Of a DNA stretch of 64,000 nucleotides, positions 39,570-49,910 are shown in pieces. Location: positions 184 to 64,183 of the forward strand of contig JAGWKL010000003.1 in assembly GCA_028865345.1 (NCBI GenBank). The letters are read 5' to 3'. Made by a program: the position numbers and the translations under genes. Below the pieces are notes generated by a model. The model was not told the origin of the DNA and made no database searches. It was given only the letters and a program-made list of their open reading frames with translations. How positions within the stretch are numbered: position 1 is the stretch's first letter; every line of letters begins with the position of its first letter. The DNA is from Candidatus Omnitrophota bacterium. Lineage in GTDB: Bacteria > Omnitrophota > Gorgyraeia > Zapsychrales > Fredricksoniimonadaceae.

Positions 39570-40913
39570 ATGCCCAATAAATTCATTTCTATCAACCAGA
39601 GCATCGGGGTGGCAGGCTCCTTCCTGGTTTTGATCGTATTTTGTTATTTTGCCGGATTCCCGTTGATCGCTCCTTTGCTGGTGTTCTTTTGCGGCATCCA
39701 TCTGTTTTATTTTAAGAAAGCCAATTCCCGTATTTTTCTGCATTTGTCCCTGCTGTTGGCCCTGCTTGTTTTTGCGGCCAATGCCGTTAAATCCTATGGG
39801 CACCTCATCCATTTTTATCTGCCGGTGGCCTCTCTGGCCATGCTCACGATGCTTTTGTTCAACGACGCGCAGGTCAGTTTCATTATGGCTTTGTTGGGCG
39901 CGGTGGTGGCCTGCCTCATCCTCGGGTTCGGCCTTAACGAGATGCTGATCTTTTTTTTGGGCGGACTTGCCGGCAGCTGGCGGGTACGGGAGGCGCGTAC
40001 CCGCGGGGTGGTGATCGAAGCGGGGATTTTGGTCTCCGTCATCCAGGTGATCTGCGCTTTCCTGATCAATCCCGTCGCCAATAAAGATATTGTCATATAT
40101 ACCCTCAAACCCCTGGCGTTCAACGGGCTGATAAGCGCTTTTGTGGTGATTGCGGCCTTAAAAGTTTTTGAGACGATCTTCGGCGAGATCACCAATTTCA
40201 CTCTCCTGGAACTTTCCGATTCTTCTCATCCTTTGTTAAAGCGCATGGTGGTGGAAGCTCCCGGGTCCTACCACCATAGTCTGATCGTCAGCAACCTGGC
40301 GGAAGCGGCGGCCGATGCCATCGGCGCTAACGCGCTTTTGGTCCGGGTGGGGGCGTATTACCATGACATCGGCAAACTGGTCAATCCCGAGTATTTCACG
40401 GAGAACCAGTTGGTTGTCGGTAATAAACATGACGAGCTGGAGCCGTCCATGAGCCGCCTGGTCATCTCCAATCATGTCAAGGAGGGCGTTGAGCTGGCGC
40501 ACAAATACCGCCTGAACAAGCGTATCGTCGATTTCATCCCCGAGCACCACGGCACCAGCATCATGTATTATTTTTATCAGAAAGCCCTGGCGGAAGGGCC
40601 CCATGAAGGCCTCAACGAACGTGATTACCGTTATCCAGGTCCCAAGCCGCAGAGCAAGGAGACCGCCATTGTACTGCTGGCGGATTCTGTGGAAGGCGCC
40701 ACCCGGGCTTTGGAAGAGCATACGTTGAAACGCATTGAAGACGTGGTGCGCAAAGTGATCAATAATAAATTCATCGACGGCCAGTTGGATGAATGTAACC
40801 TGACATTAAGGGAGATCGATACGATCGCCTCCAGCTTTGTGCGGGTCTTAAGCGCCACGTATCACAGCCGCATCAAATATCCCGAAGAGCGTTCTTCTGA
40901 CAAGAATTCATAA
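39570..40913 (+). CDS. Membrane HD-family phosphohydrolase (7TM-HD, PgpH-like)
   Basis: Multiple TM helices, then APGSYHHS, YYHDIGK, EHHGT, YPGPKP, LADSVE; sits between phoH and ybeY. Confidence 0.88.
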   Translation: MPNKFISINQSIGVAGSFLVLIVFCYFAGFPLIAPLLVFFCGIHLFYFKKANSRIFLHLSLLLALLVFAANAVKSYGHLIHFYLPVASLAMLTMLLFNDAQVSFIMALLGAVVACLILGFGLNEMLIFFLGGLAGSWRVREARTRGVVIEAGILVSVIQVICAFLINPVANKDIVIYTLKPLAFNGLISAFVVIAALKVFETIFGEITNFTLLELSDSSHPLLKRMVVEAPGSYHHSLIVSNLAEAAADAIGANALLVRVGAYYHDIGKLVNPEYFTENQLVVGNKHDELEPSMSRLVISNHVKEGVELAHKYRLNKRIVDFIPEHHGTSIMYYFYQKALAEGPHEGLNERDYRYPGPKPQSKETAIVLLADSVEGATRALEEHTLKRIEDVVRKVINNKFIDGQLDECNLTLREIDTIASSFVRVLSATYHSRIKYPEERSSDKNS

Positions 40914-40924
40914 GGAAGGGATCC

Positions 40925-41326
40925 TTGGAAATAGCCTTAAAAAACCTTCAAAAGAAGATCTCCATTCCCCAAGGTCCGGTCATCAAGGCGGCTCAGGCGG
41001 CCTTGCGCAAGCTTAAGGGCGTCAACAAGGCGCGCTGCCTTTCGATCGTTTTTGTCGGCCCCAAGCGCATGCGCGCGATCAATAAGAAATATTTGGAGCA
41101 TGATTATGTGACGGATGTGCTGACCTTTGATCTCGGGAAGGGTGTCGCCGAGATCATCATCTGTCCGCTCATGGCCCGCGTCAATGCACGGGTCTGTCAA
41201 ACGACGACCGGCAGGGAAATCATTCTCTATGTCATCCACGGTATTCTGCATCTGGCCGGTTTTGACGACCACCGGCCGAAAGACATCATCCGAATGCGGC
41301 GGATGGAGAGAGAATTGCTAAAATAA
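40925..41326 (+). CDS. ybeY: rRNA maturation endoribonuclease YbeY
   Basis: TDVLTF, HGILHLAGFDD (H-x3-H-x5 motif); TTG start. Confidence 0.9.
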   Translation: MEIALKNLQKKISIPQGPVIKAAQAALRKLKGVNKARCLSIVFVGPKRMRAINKKYLEHDYVTDVLTFDLGKGVAEIIICPLMARVNARVCQTTTGREIILYVIHGILHLAGFDDHRPKDIIRMRRMERELLK

Positions 41327-41349
41327 GAGGATAAATTTTCTTGTTTTTG

Positions 41350-41509
41350 ATATTCGGCCATAGTATTTCCCTCGCAGGCACGCTCGCCGCGTCCAGCGAC
41401 GCGGCTTCACTAGGGCCCGGGCCGATTTGTCGCCGCATGGAAAAAACGCAAGCGAACCATGCCAAATCGGCCCTCTACTGCCTGCTCGGAAAATACAATG
41501 GCCTCATAT
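41350..41509. repeat. Large branched palindromic element A
   Basis: Nested pairings GGCCAT/ATGGCC, GTATTTCC/GGAAAATAC, GCAGGCA/TGCCTGC, GCCGCGTC/GACGCGGC, GGGCCGATTTG/CAAATCGGCCC, GCATGG/CCATGC. Confidence 0.7.
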
Positions 41510-41513
41510 GCAA

Positions 41514-41756
41514 TTCTTAAAGAGAGGAATTTATTATTTTTGCGACTGTAGCTTTTAGCCAAAGCAGCTCATGCTTCTGAGGGCATCCCTCGGCTTTTGG
41601 CCGAGGGATGGCTGAACTTGTTCGAGCCTTGAAGTTCTAGAGAACTTCAAGGCGAGTTGTTCAGCCACCGAAGAAGCATGAGATCTTTGGCGACCCCACC
41701 GTAGGCGGGGTAAAAGCGGTTCCAGGAGCAAAAATAATAAGTTCCTCTCTTAAGAA
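41514..41756. mobile_element. MITE-like element B with ~30-bp terminal inverted repeats and an almost fully paired interior
   Basis: 41514-41543 vs 41728-41756 differ by one indel and one substitution; seven internal stems; no ORF of 60 aa or more in the track. Confidence 0.65.
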
Positions 41757-41815
41757 AGTTTATTGATCGTCATTCGTGAACAAAAGGGACAAGATTCCTA
41801 TTCTATAGAAGTAAT

Positions 41816-42316
41816 ATGAAACGTATCATAGCCATAGCGCTTATCTCTTACTTCGCCTATGCCCTGGAATTCCTGCTGTACAATTTCTGGGGGCCGTGGG
41901 GCCGGTGGCTCAAGCCGGAGCTCATGCTCCTGGTGGTGATATTCTTTAACCTGTATTTGGGGATACGTTTCAGCATCATCGCCGCGCTTTTTTGCGGAAT
42001 ATTCAAGGACGCATCGGGGATAGCGCCCTTCGGGACATATCTGCTGGTTTACCTGTCGGCAAGTTACTTGACGACGTTCGTGCGGCGGTATTTGTACGAA
42101 CCCGGTTCAAGGTTTTCCAGGATCGTCGTCGTTTTTTGCGTTGTCGTGGGGTGTTTTATCGTGCAGACCGTCCTGGCAAACATGGGCCGACAGGTCGCTT
42201 TGGGCCCCTCGCTCGTCTACATTTTAGTTCCGCAGCTGTTGACAACGCTTGCCGCTGCCACCTATGTTTTTGCGCAGTTAAAAAATATCAGCGTGTTTTT
42301 CACATTAAAGGGTTAG
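41816..42316 (+). CDS. mreD: Rod shape-determining protein MreD
   Basis: Hydrophobic, 166 aa; KPELMLL.VIF, G.FKD...PFG motifs; directly upstream of the PBP2 gene. Confidence 0.8.
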   Translation: MKRIIAIALISYFAYALEFLLYNFWGPWGRWLKPELMLLVVIFFNLYLGIRFSIIAALFCGIFKDASGIAPFGTYLLVYLSASYLTTFVRRYLYEPGSRFSRIVVVFCVVVGCFIVQTVLANMGRQVALGPSLVYILVPQLLTTLAAATYVFAQLKNISVFFTLKG

Positions 42317-42317
42317 G

Positions 42318-44030
42318 ATGCGCCTCAATATCATTCAATCCGTTGTTTTTTTCCTGCTGGGGGCGATCATCTGTAGTTTGTTTTATATGCAGATCATCCA
42401 TGGCGCCTATTGGCGCCGCCAGAGCACGAATAATCGCATCCGTATCGTGCCTGTCGACGGACCGCGGGGAAGGATCCTGGACCGTCATGGGACCGTTTTG
42501 GCCGATGACCGGGTGGCATTTGAGGTGGGGGTCATTCCCCAGGACATCGAGGATCAAGGGGCTTTATTCGGTTATTTAGGAAGCGTGCTTCATCAAGACC
42601 CCCAATCCCTGGAGCGCCGCTTCGGGCGTGAAAAACAGGCCCCTTTCGCGCCTGTCATTCTGGCGGAGGATGTCCCGCGTCAGCTCGCCATCAAGATCGA
42701 GGAGGAAAAATTTGTTTATCCGGGGCTGATCGTCCAGCAGGGCTTCGAACGTTACTATCCTTTTCATGACATCGGCGCGCATGTGCTGGGTTATGTGGGC
42801 AAAATCAGCAAAGATGAGATTGCCGAAAACCATTCCTACGGTTATACGCCTTTAAGCCGGGTGGGGAAAACAGGCATTGAAGAAGAGTACGAACCGTTTT
42901 TAAAAGGACATCCGGGGGGCCGTCAGATCGAGGTCAACAGCCGCGGCCGGCAGGTGCGCCTCCTGGGCCTCAAGGATCCGTCGGCTGGAAACGACGTGGT
43001 GCTGACCGTGGATGCGCGCCTGCAGGCGGCGGCCCAGGAATTGTTAAGCGGACAGCGCGGCGGTATAGTGGTCATGAATTTAAACACCGGAGAATTGTTG
43101 TCTTTGGTCAGCTCGCCTTCCTATGACCCGAATGTTTTTTTGGACAAGACCAGGTCCGGCGAGCTGCGTTCCTATTTGAATGATCCCCTGACGCCTTTGT
43201 TTGACCGTGTGACTTGCGGCCTTTACCCGCCGGGTTCGGTGTTCAAGGTCCCGGAAGCCCTGGCCGCCATCCAGCTTCACAAGATCACGCCCCAGACGAC
43301 CTTTTTCTGTCCGGGGTACATGTTGGTGGGCAAGAGAAAATTTCATTGCGCGGAAGTGCACGGGGTGCAGGACCTGCAAGAGGCCATTGCGCATTCCTGT
43401 AATGTTTATTTTTTCCATGTCGGCCTGCTGCTCCAACCGCACCTCATCGGCGCATTTGAGAAAGCTTTCGGGCTCACTCGTCCCACAGGAATAGACCTGC
43501 CTTACGAGGCCAGGGGCCATATGGTGACCAAGGCATCAAGGGGCAGGCCGTGGTATACGGGGGATGTGCTGAATTTGTCCATCGGCCAGGGGTATACGCT
43601 GGTGACGCCTCTGGAATTGACGGTGATGATGGCGGCGGTCGCCGATGACGGCATCGTTTTGCAGCCCCGCCTTGTCCGGCAGATAGGCGGCCGTCTGCTT
43701 ATACCGGAAGATCTGTCCAAAAGGCCATTGATCAAGCTGCGCAAGCAAACATGGCAGATCGTGCAACAGGGACTTAGAGCCTGCATTGATGATCCGACGG
43801 GAACATGCCGTGACCTGGCAGCGGTGCCGGGTCTGGATATTTACGGTAAAACAGGCACCGCTCAAACTGTTTACGGTAAGCCCAATGACGCATGGTTCGT
43901 GGGCTATACGCGGTCTGCCAAAGCAGGCATCGCTATCTGCGTTTTTCTGGAATACGGAGGGTCGTCCGAGAATGCCGTCAAAATTGCCCGGGATCTGCTT
44001 TTAAAACTTCAAACCCTCAAGGTCATATGA
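42318..44030 (+). CDS. mrdA: Penicillin-binding protein 2
   Basis: PRGRILDR.G, RYYP, YPPGSVFK (SxxK), SCN (SxN), GKTGTAQ. Confidence 0.93.
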   Translation: MRLNIIQSVVFFLLGAIICSLFYMQIIHGAYWRRQSTNNRIRIVPVDGPRGRILDRHGTVLADDRVAFEVGVIPQDIEDQGALFGYLGSVLHQDPQSLERRFGREKQAPFAPVILAEDVPRQLAIKIEEEKFVYPGLIVQQGFERYYPFHDIGAHVLGYVGKISKDEIAENHSYGYTPLSRVGKTGIEEEYEPFLKGHPGGRQIEVNSRGRQVRLLGLKDPSAGNDVVLTVDARLQAAAQELLSGQRGGIVVMNLNTGELLSLVSSPSYDPNVFLDKTRSGELRSYLNDPLTPLFDRVTCGLYPPGSVFKVPEALAAIQLHKITPQTTFFCPGYMLVGKRKFHCAEVHGVQDLQEAIAHSCNVYFFHVGLLLQPHLIGAFEKAFGLTRPTGIDLPYEARGHMVTKASRGRPWYTGDVLNLSIGQGYTLVTPLELTVMMAAVADDGIVLQPRLVRQIGGRLLIPEDLSKRPLIKLRKQTWQIVQQGLRACIDDPTGTCRDLAAVPGLDIYGKTGTAQTVYGKPNDAWFVGYTRSAKAGIAICVFLEYGGSSENAVKIARDLLLKLQTLKVI

Positions 44031-44113
44031 TCCTGTGGGATAAACGTGCTCTCAAAATAGGGGAGAAAATAGTGGATGGGTCTTACAGGTATGGTAAAAT
44101 ATTTTTACAAAAT

Positions 44114-46921
44114 ATGATAAAAATATTTTTAGGAGTATTTATACTATTCCTTTTTCCACCGGCCGGGAACGTCCTTGTTTTTGCCGGCCAACCCGCATCC
44201 GATTCGAACGGTCAATCTCTCACACCGACGGAAACAGCCCAACAGACCAAGGCCCATGAGTATTATGAAAAGGGCATGAAGCTGATCAACGAAGGCAAAC
44301 CCGACGAGGCGAGTCAATATTTTGAAAAGGCCATCCAGTTGGCCCAAACTCTGCAACAACCGAACATCAAGCAGCCTTCCCGGCAGCAAGCCGCCGTTTC
44401 GCCTAAAGCCGCGACCGTGCCTGTTCTGACTAAGCCCGAGGAAGGTCAAAAGACACAACAGCAACAGCAACAACAGCAACAGCAGGCAGAGAAGCGGCGC
44501 CGGCAACAAGAGGCTCTGCGCCAACAGGAATTCGAGGCAAAAAGACGTCAACAGATGGAGGCGCTTCAACAGCAGTATGTGCAGGCCATCAGATTATATA
44601 AGAAGAAAGAAATGGACAAAGCTTTAGGGGCATTCAAGGAGATTGAAAATTCATATCCTGATTTTAAGAGGACGACGGGATACATAGAGCGCATTGAGCG
44701 CTGGCAGGCGGAGCGCAAAGAGCTGGCAGAGAGGCGCCAGATGGCGCTGGAACTGAAAGCCAGGAACGATCAGGCTTCCAAAATATATGACACGGCCCTG
44801 CGTTCATACCGTGCCCGTCAATGGCAGGCGGCCGGCGCCCAATTCGAATCTGTGGCGCAGATAATTCCGGATTATAAACATACCCAATGGTATTTGAAAA
44901 AGATCGGAATTTTTATGGCCAGGGAAGCGGCCCGGCCGTCGTCTCCCTCGCCGGTCGAGGGCAGCCCCAAGCCCGCTGCGGCACCGGTCAAACCCAAGTT
45001 GACGTCTGCCCCCGCACCGGTTGTGCCTGTGGTCAAGACGGCGGTTGATTCCCTGGAGGACCAGCAAAAACAAGCCCGGGACATTGCGGCTTTGGCCCAA
45101 GAATCATCCATGCTTTATCATCAGATCGCCGACATTGCCGACGATAAGTCGACCATCCAAACAAAGGCCAAAATGGCCCAGGTTGATGAGATCCTGAACG
45201 GTTTAAAAGCGAATAAGGAACGCCTTTATCAAGAAGACCTCGCTTCCGAAGTTGAAAAATTCTACCAGCAGGGCCGGGATTATTTGGGTTCCCATGATTA
45301 TGCGAACGCTAAAATCAAATTCATGGAAGTGGAGCATATCTGGCCCGATTATAGAGACACCCGCCGTAATTTGGGCCGCATTGATGAAGCCTTAAAGAAA
45401 CAAAGCGTCGAGGCCATCACCGGGCGGGAACGGGCACGGGCGGAGCAGTTTGAGAAAATGCAGTATCAGGAAATCGCCGCGCAATTACGGCGTGATGAAT
45501 TAGAGCAGGAAAATGAGCTGCGCCTGGCCCGGCAGCAGCAGGATTCTTTAAAAGAACTTGCCCGAAAAGCTTCCGATATCAATGATGACATCATCCGTCT
45601 CTCACGGGCCCAGGATTATGAAGGCATGAAAAGGAAGTTCGTCCAATTACAGGGCACTATTGATGCCTTGACGCAGCTTAAAGCGCAGATGGCCATGCAA
45701 CAAGGCAAAATAGAACGCGCCAAACAACTGAGCCGGGACGCCATCCGACGCCGTGATGAATTGATGAGGGAAGCAAAACAGGAGAACGGTCAAATTTCGG
45801 GGAGCACGAAAAGCTCATATCATCAAAAGGAGCTTTCTGGATTTTTGCTTTCCAACCGGCCCACCAGAGCGGATATTTACAAACGCCGCGAGATCATGCG
45901 GGAGCAGAACGCCCTATTTGATGAAGCCGTTGAATGTTATGCCCGCCGTCAATATGCTCAGGCCAAACTTCTTTTTGGCGAGTTGGCCAGTCAGCATGAC
46001 CGCAGGTCCGAGGCCTGGCTTAAAAAAGTGGACCGGGCCATTACCCGGGAGCTCCTTAAAGGCCAGGAAGCGCAAGTTCGGGAACGGACGGCATTTTTAG
46101 AGGACCAGTTGAAAGCCCAGCGCCAACTGGCTGTGGTCCAGGAGCGCGAACGCCGGCACCAAAAGAAATTGACCGAAGAGTTGGAACGCCAGAAGCGCGC
46201 TTACGAAGACAACCGTTTGATGCAATGGCGGAAACAAGAGATGCTCGAGGCCCAGGTTCTTGAACGCCGGCGCCAGGAAGAAAAGCATGCCCAATGGGAA
46301 AAAGAGAAGGCAAAAGAAGAGAGAGAGTTCCGTTTCCGTAGAATAACAAATGCGGCAAAGCCGGCCGCAATAAGCTCTAAGGCCGGGGCGCAAGCTCGAA
46401 GTACCCTATCTAAAGCGAAGCTTGCTGCTGTTTCGCATGCCGCAACTGTTGAGGTCAAGCCTAAACCTGCTGTTGCCAAACCCAAACCTGTTGCGGTCAA
46501 GCCTAAACCTGTTGCGGCCAAGCTTAAACCTGTTGCGGCCAAGCCTAAACTTGTTGCGGCCAAACCCAAACCTGCTGCTGTCAAATCCAAACCTGTTGTT
46601 GTGCATGCTGCTTCGCTTGAGGTCCGGCGTGAAGAGCTCCGTAAGCAATTACAGCATGGGGTTGAGTCCCTTTATCAGGGGGCCTTAAGTTTATACCGGG
46701 CAGGAGATTATGCCCAAGCCGCGAACAGATTCAAAGATGTTGATGAAATATTCCCCGGCTATAAAAATACCAGAGAATATATGGACAAGGCCCGCCGGAA
46801 GTCTTCGGCCGTAAACTCTGAGGCTCCCGCGAACCCCCATGTGTCCGGGAATTCAACATCGAATAACCGCCAGGGTTATATTTCCAGAGCGTTGGATTTA
46901 TTTGATACGAATGACCAATAA
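44114..46921 (+). CDS. Large exported TPR/coiled-coil protein with polyQ tract and KPKPVAA repeats
   Basis: Signal peptide from ATG 44114; repeated helical units ending P[DG][YF][KR].T..YL. Confidence 0.75.
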   Translation: MIKIFLGVFILFLFPPAGNVLVFAGQPASDSNGQSLTPTETAQQTKAHEYYEKGMKLINEGKPDEASQYFEKAIQLAQTLQQPNIKQPSRQQAAVSPKAATVPVLTKPEEGQKTQQQQQQQQQQAEKRRRQQEALRQQEFEAKRRQQMEALQQQYVQAIRLYKKKEMDKALGAFKEIENSYPDFKRTTGYIERIERWQAERKELAERRQMALELKARNDQASKIYDTALRSYRARQWQAAGAQFESVAQIIPDYKHTQWYLKKIGIFMAREAARPSSPSPVEGSPKPAAAPVKPKLTSAPAPVVPVVKTAVDSLEDQQKQARDIAALAQESSMLYHQIADIADDKSTIQTKAKMAQVDEILNGLKANKERLYQEDLASEVEKFYQQGRDYLGSHDYANAKIKFMEVEHIWPDYRDTRRNLGRIDEALKKQSVEAITGRERARAEQFEKMQYQEIAAQLRRDELEQENELRLARQQQDSLKELARKASDINDDIIRLSRAQDYEGMKRKFVQLQGTIDALTQLKAQMAMQQGKIERAKQLSRDAIRRRDELMREAKQENGQISGSTKSSYHQKELSGFLLSNRPTRADIYKRREIMREQNALFDEAVECYARRQYAQAKLLFGELASQHDRRSEAWLKKVDRAITRELLKGQEAQVRERTAFLEDQLKAQRQLAVVQERERRHQKKLTEELERQKRAYEDNRLMQWRKQEMLEAQVLERRRQEEKHAQWEKEKAKEEREFRFRRITNAAKPAAISSKAGAQARSTLSKAKLAAVSHAATVEVKPKPAVAKPKPVAVKPKPVAAKLKPVAAKPKLVAAKPKPAAVKSKPVVVHAASLEVRREELRKQLQHGVESLYQGALSLYRAGDYAQAANRFKDVDEIFPGYKNTREYMDKARRKSSAVNSEAPANPHVSGNSTSNNRQGYISRALDLFDTNDQ
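44456..44485 (+). repeat. CAA/CAG tract encoding Q10
   Basis: Ten consecutive Gln codons. Confidence 0.85.
46457..46603 (+). repeat. 7 x 21-bp coding tandem repeat (KPKPVAA-like)
   Basis: Consensus AAGCCTAAACCTGTTGCGGCC, seven degenerate units. Confidence 0.9.
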
Positions 46922-48980
46922 TTCCAACCATCTTATCGACGAAAAAAGTCCCTACCTTCTGCAGCATGCCCATAATCCCGTTGATTGGTATCCTTGGGGT
47001 CAGGCCGCTTTTGACAAGGCCAAACACGAAAATAAGCCGGTCCTGTTGTCCATAGGATATTCCACATGCCACTGGTGCCATGTGATGGCCCATGAAAGTT
47101 TCGAGGACGAAACGGTCGCCCAAATCATCAACGATCATTTTGTCGCCGTCAAGGTGGACCGCGAAGAACGCCCGGACATTGACCATATTTACATGACGGC
47201 TGTCACAGCCATGACGGCCCAAGGCGGATGGCCTTTGACGGTTTTTTTGACCCCGCAGGGCGAACCGTTTTACGGAGGGACGTATTTCCCGCCGTATGCC
47301 AAATGGGGGAGTACCGGTTTTATCGATCTGCTCCATTCGATCGCGGCGGCATGGGACAAGGACCGCGGCAATATTTTGTCTTCCGGACGTTCCATCGTCG
47401 ACGAGCTTCGGCGACGCGTTTCCGTAGTCTCATCGGGTGCGGTGGCGGACAAGATTTTATTGGACCGGGCCTTTGAGCAGATGAAAAATCAGTTTGACGC
47501 CCTCAACGGGGGGTTTGGAGCGGCCCCCAAATTTCCGATGGGGCATAATTTATCATTTTTATTGCGTTATGGCAAATCAACCCGGACGCCGGAAGCGTTG
47601 GATATGGCAGGCAAAACCTTGACGGCCGTGGCCCATGGAGGCATCGGGGACCATTTGGGCGGCGGATTCCACCGCTACTCAACGGATCCGCATTGGCATT
47701 TGCCGCATTTTGAAAAAATGTTATACGACCAGGCCCTGCTGTCAAGGGCGTATTTGGAGGGCTATCAAGCCACAGGTTCGGCGGAATATGCAAAGACGGC
47801 GCGGGAGGTCCTCGATTATGTGCTGAGGGACATGACGGATGAGGGAGGCGGTTTTTATTCCGCCGAGGATGCCGATAGCCTGCAGGAGGGACATTTAAAG
47901 GAAGGGGCCTTTTATGTCTTTACGCAGGCGGAGATCGTTGAGGCTTTGGGGCGCGACGGCGCCGAGGTCTTTAATTATTGCTATGGCGTCGAACCTGATG
48001 GTAACGCCCGTTTTGACCCCCACGGTGAATTTAAGGGAAAGAACATATTATATCTTGCCCACTCCATTCCAGAGGCGGCGGATAAATTTCACGGGCACAG
48101 CGATGAAATTCAGAGTATGCTTATGGAAGGAAGACAAAAGTTATGGGCCTTGCGTAACCGTCGCGGCCATCGTCCGCACAGGGATGATAAAATATTGTGC
48201 GATTGGAACGGTTTGATGATGGCAAGCTTTGCCTTGGCCGGCCGGGTTTTAAATGAGCCAAGGTATGCCCGGGCCGCCTCAAGGGCCGCTGATTTTATTT
48301 TGACCCATCTGATGACTGCCGGTTGCGCCCAAGAACCGTGCGGGCGGCTTTTGCACCGCTGGCGTGACGGCCAGGCAGGGATTACGGCGACCCTTGACGA
48401 TTATGCGTTTCTTATTTACGGCCTCCTGGAAGTGTATGAGGCGGCCTTTGATGAAAAATATCTGGGTACGGCCCGGCATTTGGCAGATGAGATGATCAGG
48501 CTTTTTGCCGACGACGCCGGAGGTTTTTTTATGACGGCCGTTGACGCAGAAGCTTTGATTATGCGGCCGAAGGACATGTATGACGGAGCTTTGCCATCAG
48601 GAAATTCAGTCGCCGCCCTGGATTTGCTGAAGTTGTATGCTTTGAACGGAGGAGAAATTTATAACTCCCGGGCTCGGGATTTATTCACCTGCGCGCAGCC
48701 TCTTTTGTCTCAGACACCTTGGGCTTATAGTTTTTTATTGTCCGCCCTGGGTTGGTATCTGGAGGGGCCTTTGGAGATCACGTTCCAAGGCCGTCGCAAT
48801 GATACAACCATTGCCGGAATGCTGGAAATATTGTATAAATACTTTATACCTTATAAAGTCGTTAAGTATGTTTCGGACCAATCTCGGCCGCCGCAGGCTC
48901 TTATTTGCTGCCGGGGCGCATGCCGTCCGCCGGTCAACAGTATCGATGCTTTTGAGGAGTTAATATGCTTATTCAAATAG
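46911..48980 (+). CDS. Thioredoxin-domain protein, YyaL/SPATA20 (DUF255) family
   Basis: [52 protein letters not shown]. Confidence 0.93.
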   Translation: MTNNSNHLIDEKSPYLLQHAHNPVDWYPWGQAAFDKAKHENKPVLLSIGYSTCHWCHVMAHESFEDETVAQIINDHFVAVKVDREERPDIDHIYMTAVTAMTAQGGWPLTVFLTPQGEPFYGGTYFPPYAKWGSTGFIDLLHSIAAAWDKDRGNILSSGRSIVDELRRRVSVVSSGAVADKILLDRAFEQMKNQFDALNGGFGAAPKFPMGHNLSFLLRYGKSTRTPEALDMAGKTLTAVAHGGIGDHLGGGFHRYSTDPHWHLPHFEKMLYDQALLSRAYLEGYQATGSAEYAKTAREVLDYVLRDMTDEGGGFYSAEDADSLQEGHLKEGAFYVFTQAEIVEALGRDGAEVFNYCYGVEPDGNARFDPHGEFKGKNILYLAHSIPEAADKFHGHSDEIQSMLMEGRQKLWALRNRRGHRPHRDDKILCDWNGLMMASFALAGRVLNEPRYARAASRAADFILTHLMTAGCAQEPCGRLLHRWRDGQAGITATLDDYAFLIYGLLEVYEAAFDEKYLGTARHLADEMIRLFADDAGGFFMTAVDAEALIMRPKDMYDGALPSGNSVAALDLLKLYALNGGEIYNSRARDLFTCAQPLLSQTPWAYSFLLSALGWYLEGPLEITFQGRRNDTTIAGMLEILYKYFIPYKVVKYVSDQSRPPQALICCRGACRPPVNSIDAFEELICLFK

Positions 48981-49897
48981 CTTTCTTCTGTCTGCTGATT
49001 GTGGCGCTGTTGGCCGGGGTCTTCAGCTATTTCCCGCAATTGCACAGGACCATCCGTCCCTTGAAATTTGCCATGGACAGTATCGGGTATACGGGTGTAG
49101 AGACACTCAATAAAAAAAGGTCCCAACAGATCAATGTGGCGGTCAAGAGCGGTCTTATGGATATCCACAAGCGGATGGATGCTGTTGCCGTGGAACAGGA
49201 CAGGCTTTTGGATGCGCTGACGGACCAACAGGCTGTATTGCAAGAAGCCAACAGGGACGCCCAGACAGTATTGCTTGAGGCCAAGAAAGCAGGCAGAAAG
49301 GGGGATAAAGACATCTTGCAGCTTGAAGCGCTTGCCTCCCAAATGAACGATCAGCAGCGTCTCCTGGTGGCCCATGGCCAATACCTGGTCTCACTCAACG
49401 ATCAATTGACAAAAAGCAGGGAGAGGCTTGCGCAGCAAGCTGACATAGCAAATATGGATGCCCAATCCTCCCTGGATTCAATCCGCCAGAATTATGCATC
49501 TTTTGAAAGCCAGGCTTCCGAGTTATTTAATAAGGTGGATGAATATAACCGGGAGCTCAGACAGGGGGTCGGAAAAATGCAGGAACAGATTTCTGGCATA
49601 AGTAATCCCTCTTATGGCAGCTATGCCCATGACATGGCTCAGGAACGTATCCAGAGCTTGCTGGATAAAGAGCAGGAAGATATGGCGAGAGTGGCCGACT
49701 GCCAGCAAAGAAATTTGGACCTGGCACAAGAGGCCCGGGAAAAACTGGCCGATTCCCGGGAGAGATCAGAGGACCTCGAGCGGCGTGACCGGGACTTGAT
49801 CGACGAGGAACACCAAAAACAAGAAGACCAACAGTCCATGATCCGGCAGCGCATGGCCGATGAACAACAGCGCATGCAGGACCAACAAAACCGGTAA
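48965..49897 (+). CDS. Membrane-anchored coiled-coil hypothetical protein
   Basis: N-terminal TM helix; Gln/Glu-rich heptads throughout. Confidence 0.7.
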   Translation: MLIQIAFFCLLIVALLAGVFSYFPQLHRTIRPLKFAMDSIGYTGVETLNKKRSQQINVAVKSGLMDIHKRMDAVAVEQDRLLDALTDQQAVLQEANRDAQTVLLEAKKAGRKGDKDILQLEALASQMNDQQRLLVAHGQYLVSLNDQLTKSRERLAQQADIANMDAQSSLDSIRQNYASFESQASELFNKVDEYNRELRQGVGKMQEQISGISNPSYGSYAHDMAQERIQSLLDKEQEDMARVADCQQRNLDLAQEAREKLADSRERSEDLERRDRDLIDEEHQKQEDQQSMIRQRMADEQQRMQDQQNR

Positions 49898-49910
49898 TTT
49901 TCCCCTTTTC

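Noticed and set aside
43892-44113. Longer start of the TPR protein overlapping mrdA
   Set aside because: It overlaps the PBP2 gene; the signal peptide begins at ATG 44114.
46457-46603. CRISPR-like array
   Set aside because: The 21-bp units are contiguous, have no spacers and are in frame within a CDS; no cas genes are present.
48318-48348. Small in-frame hairpin (AGCAQEPC) in the YyaL-like gene as another repeat insertion
   Set aside because: Only a 5-bp stem and no match to the other repeat families; cannot be supported.
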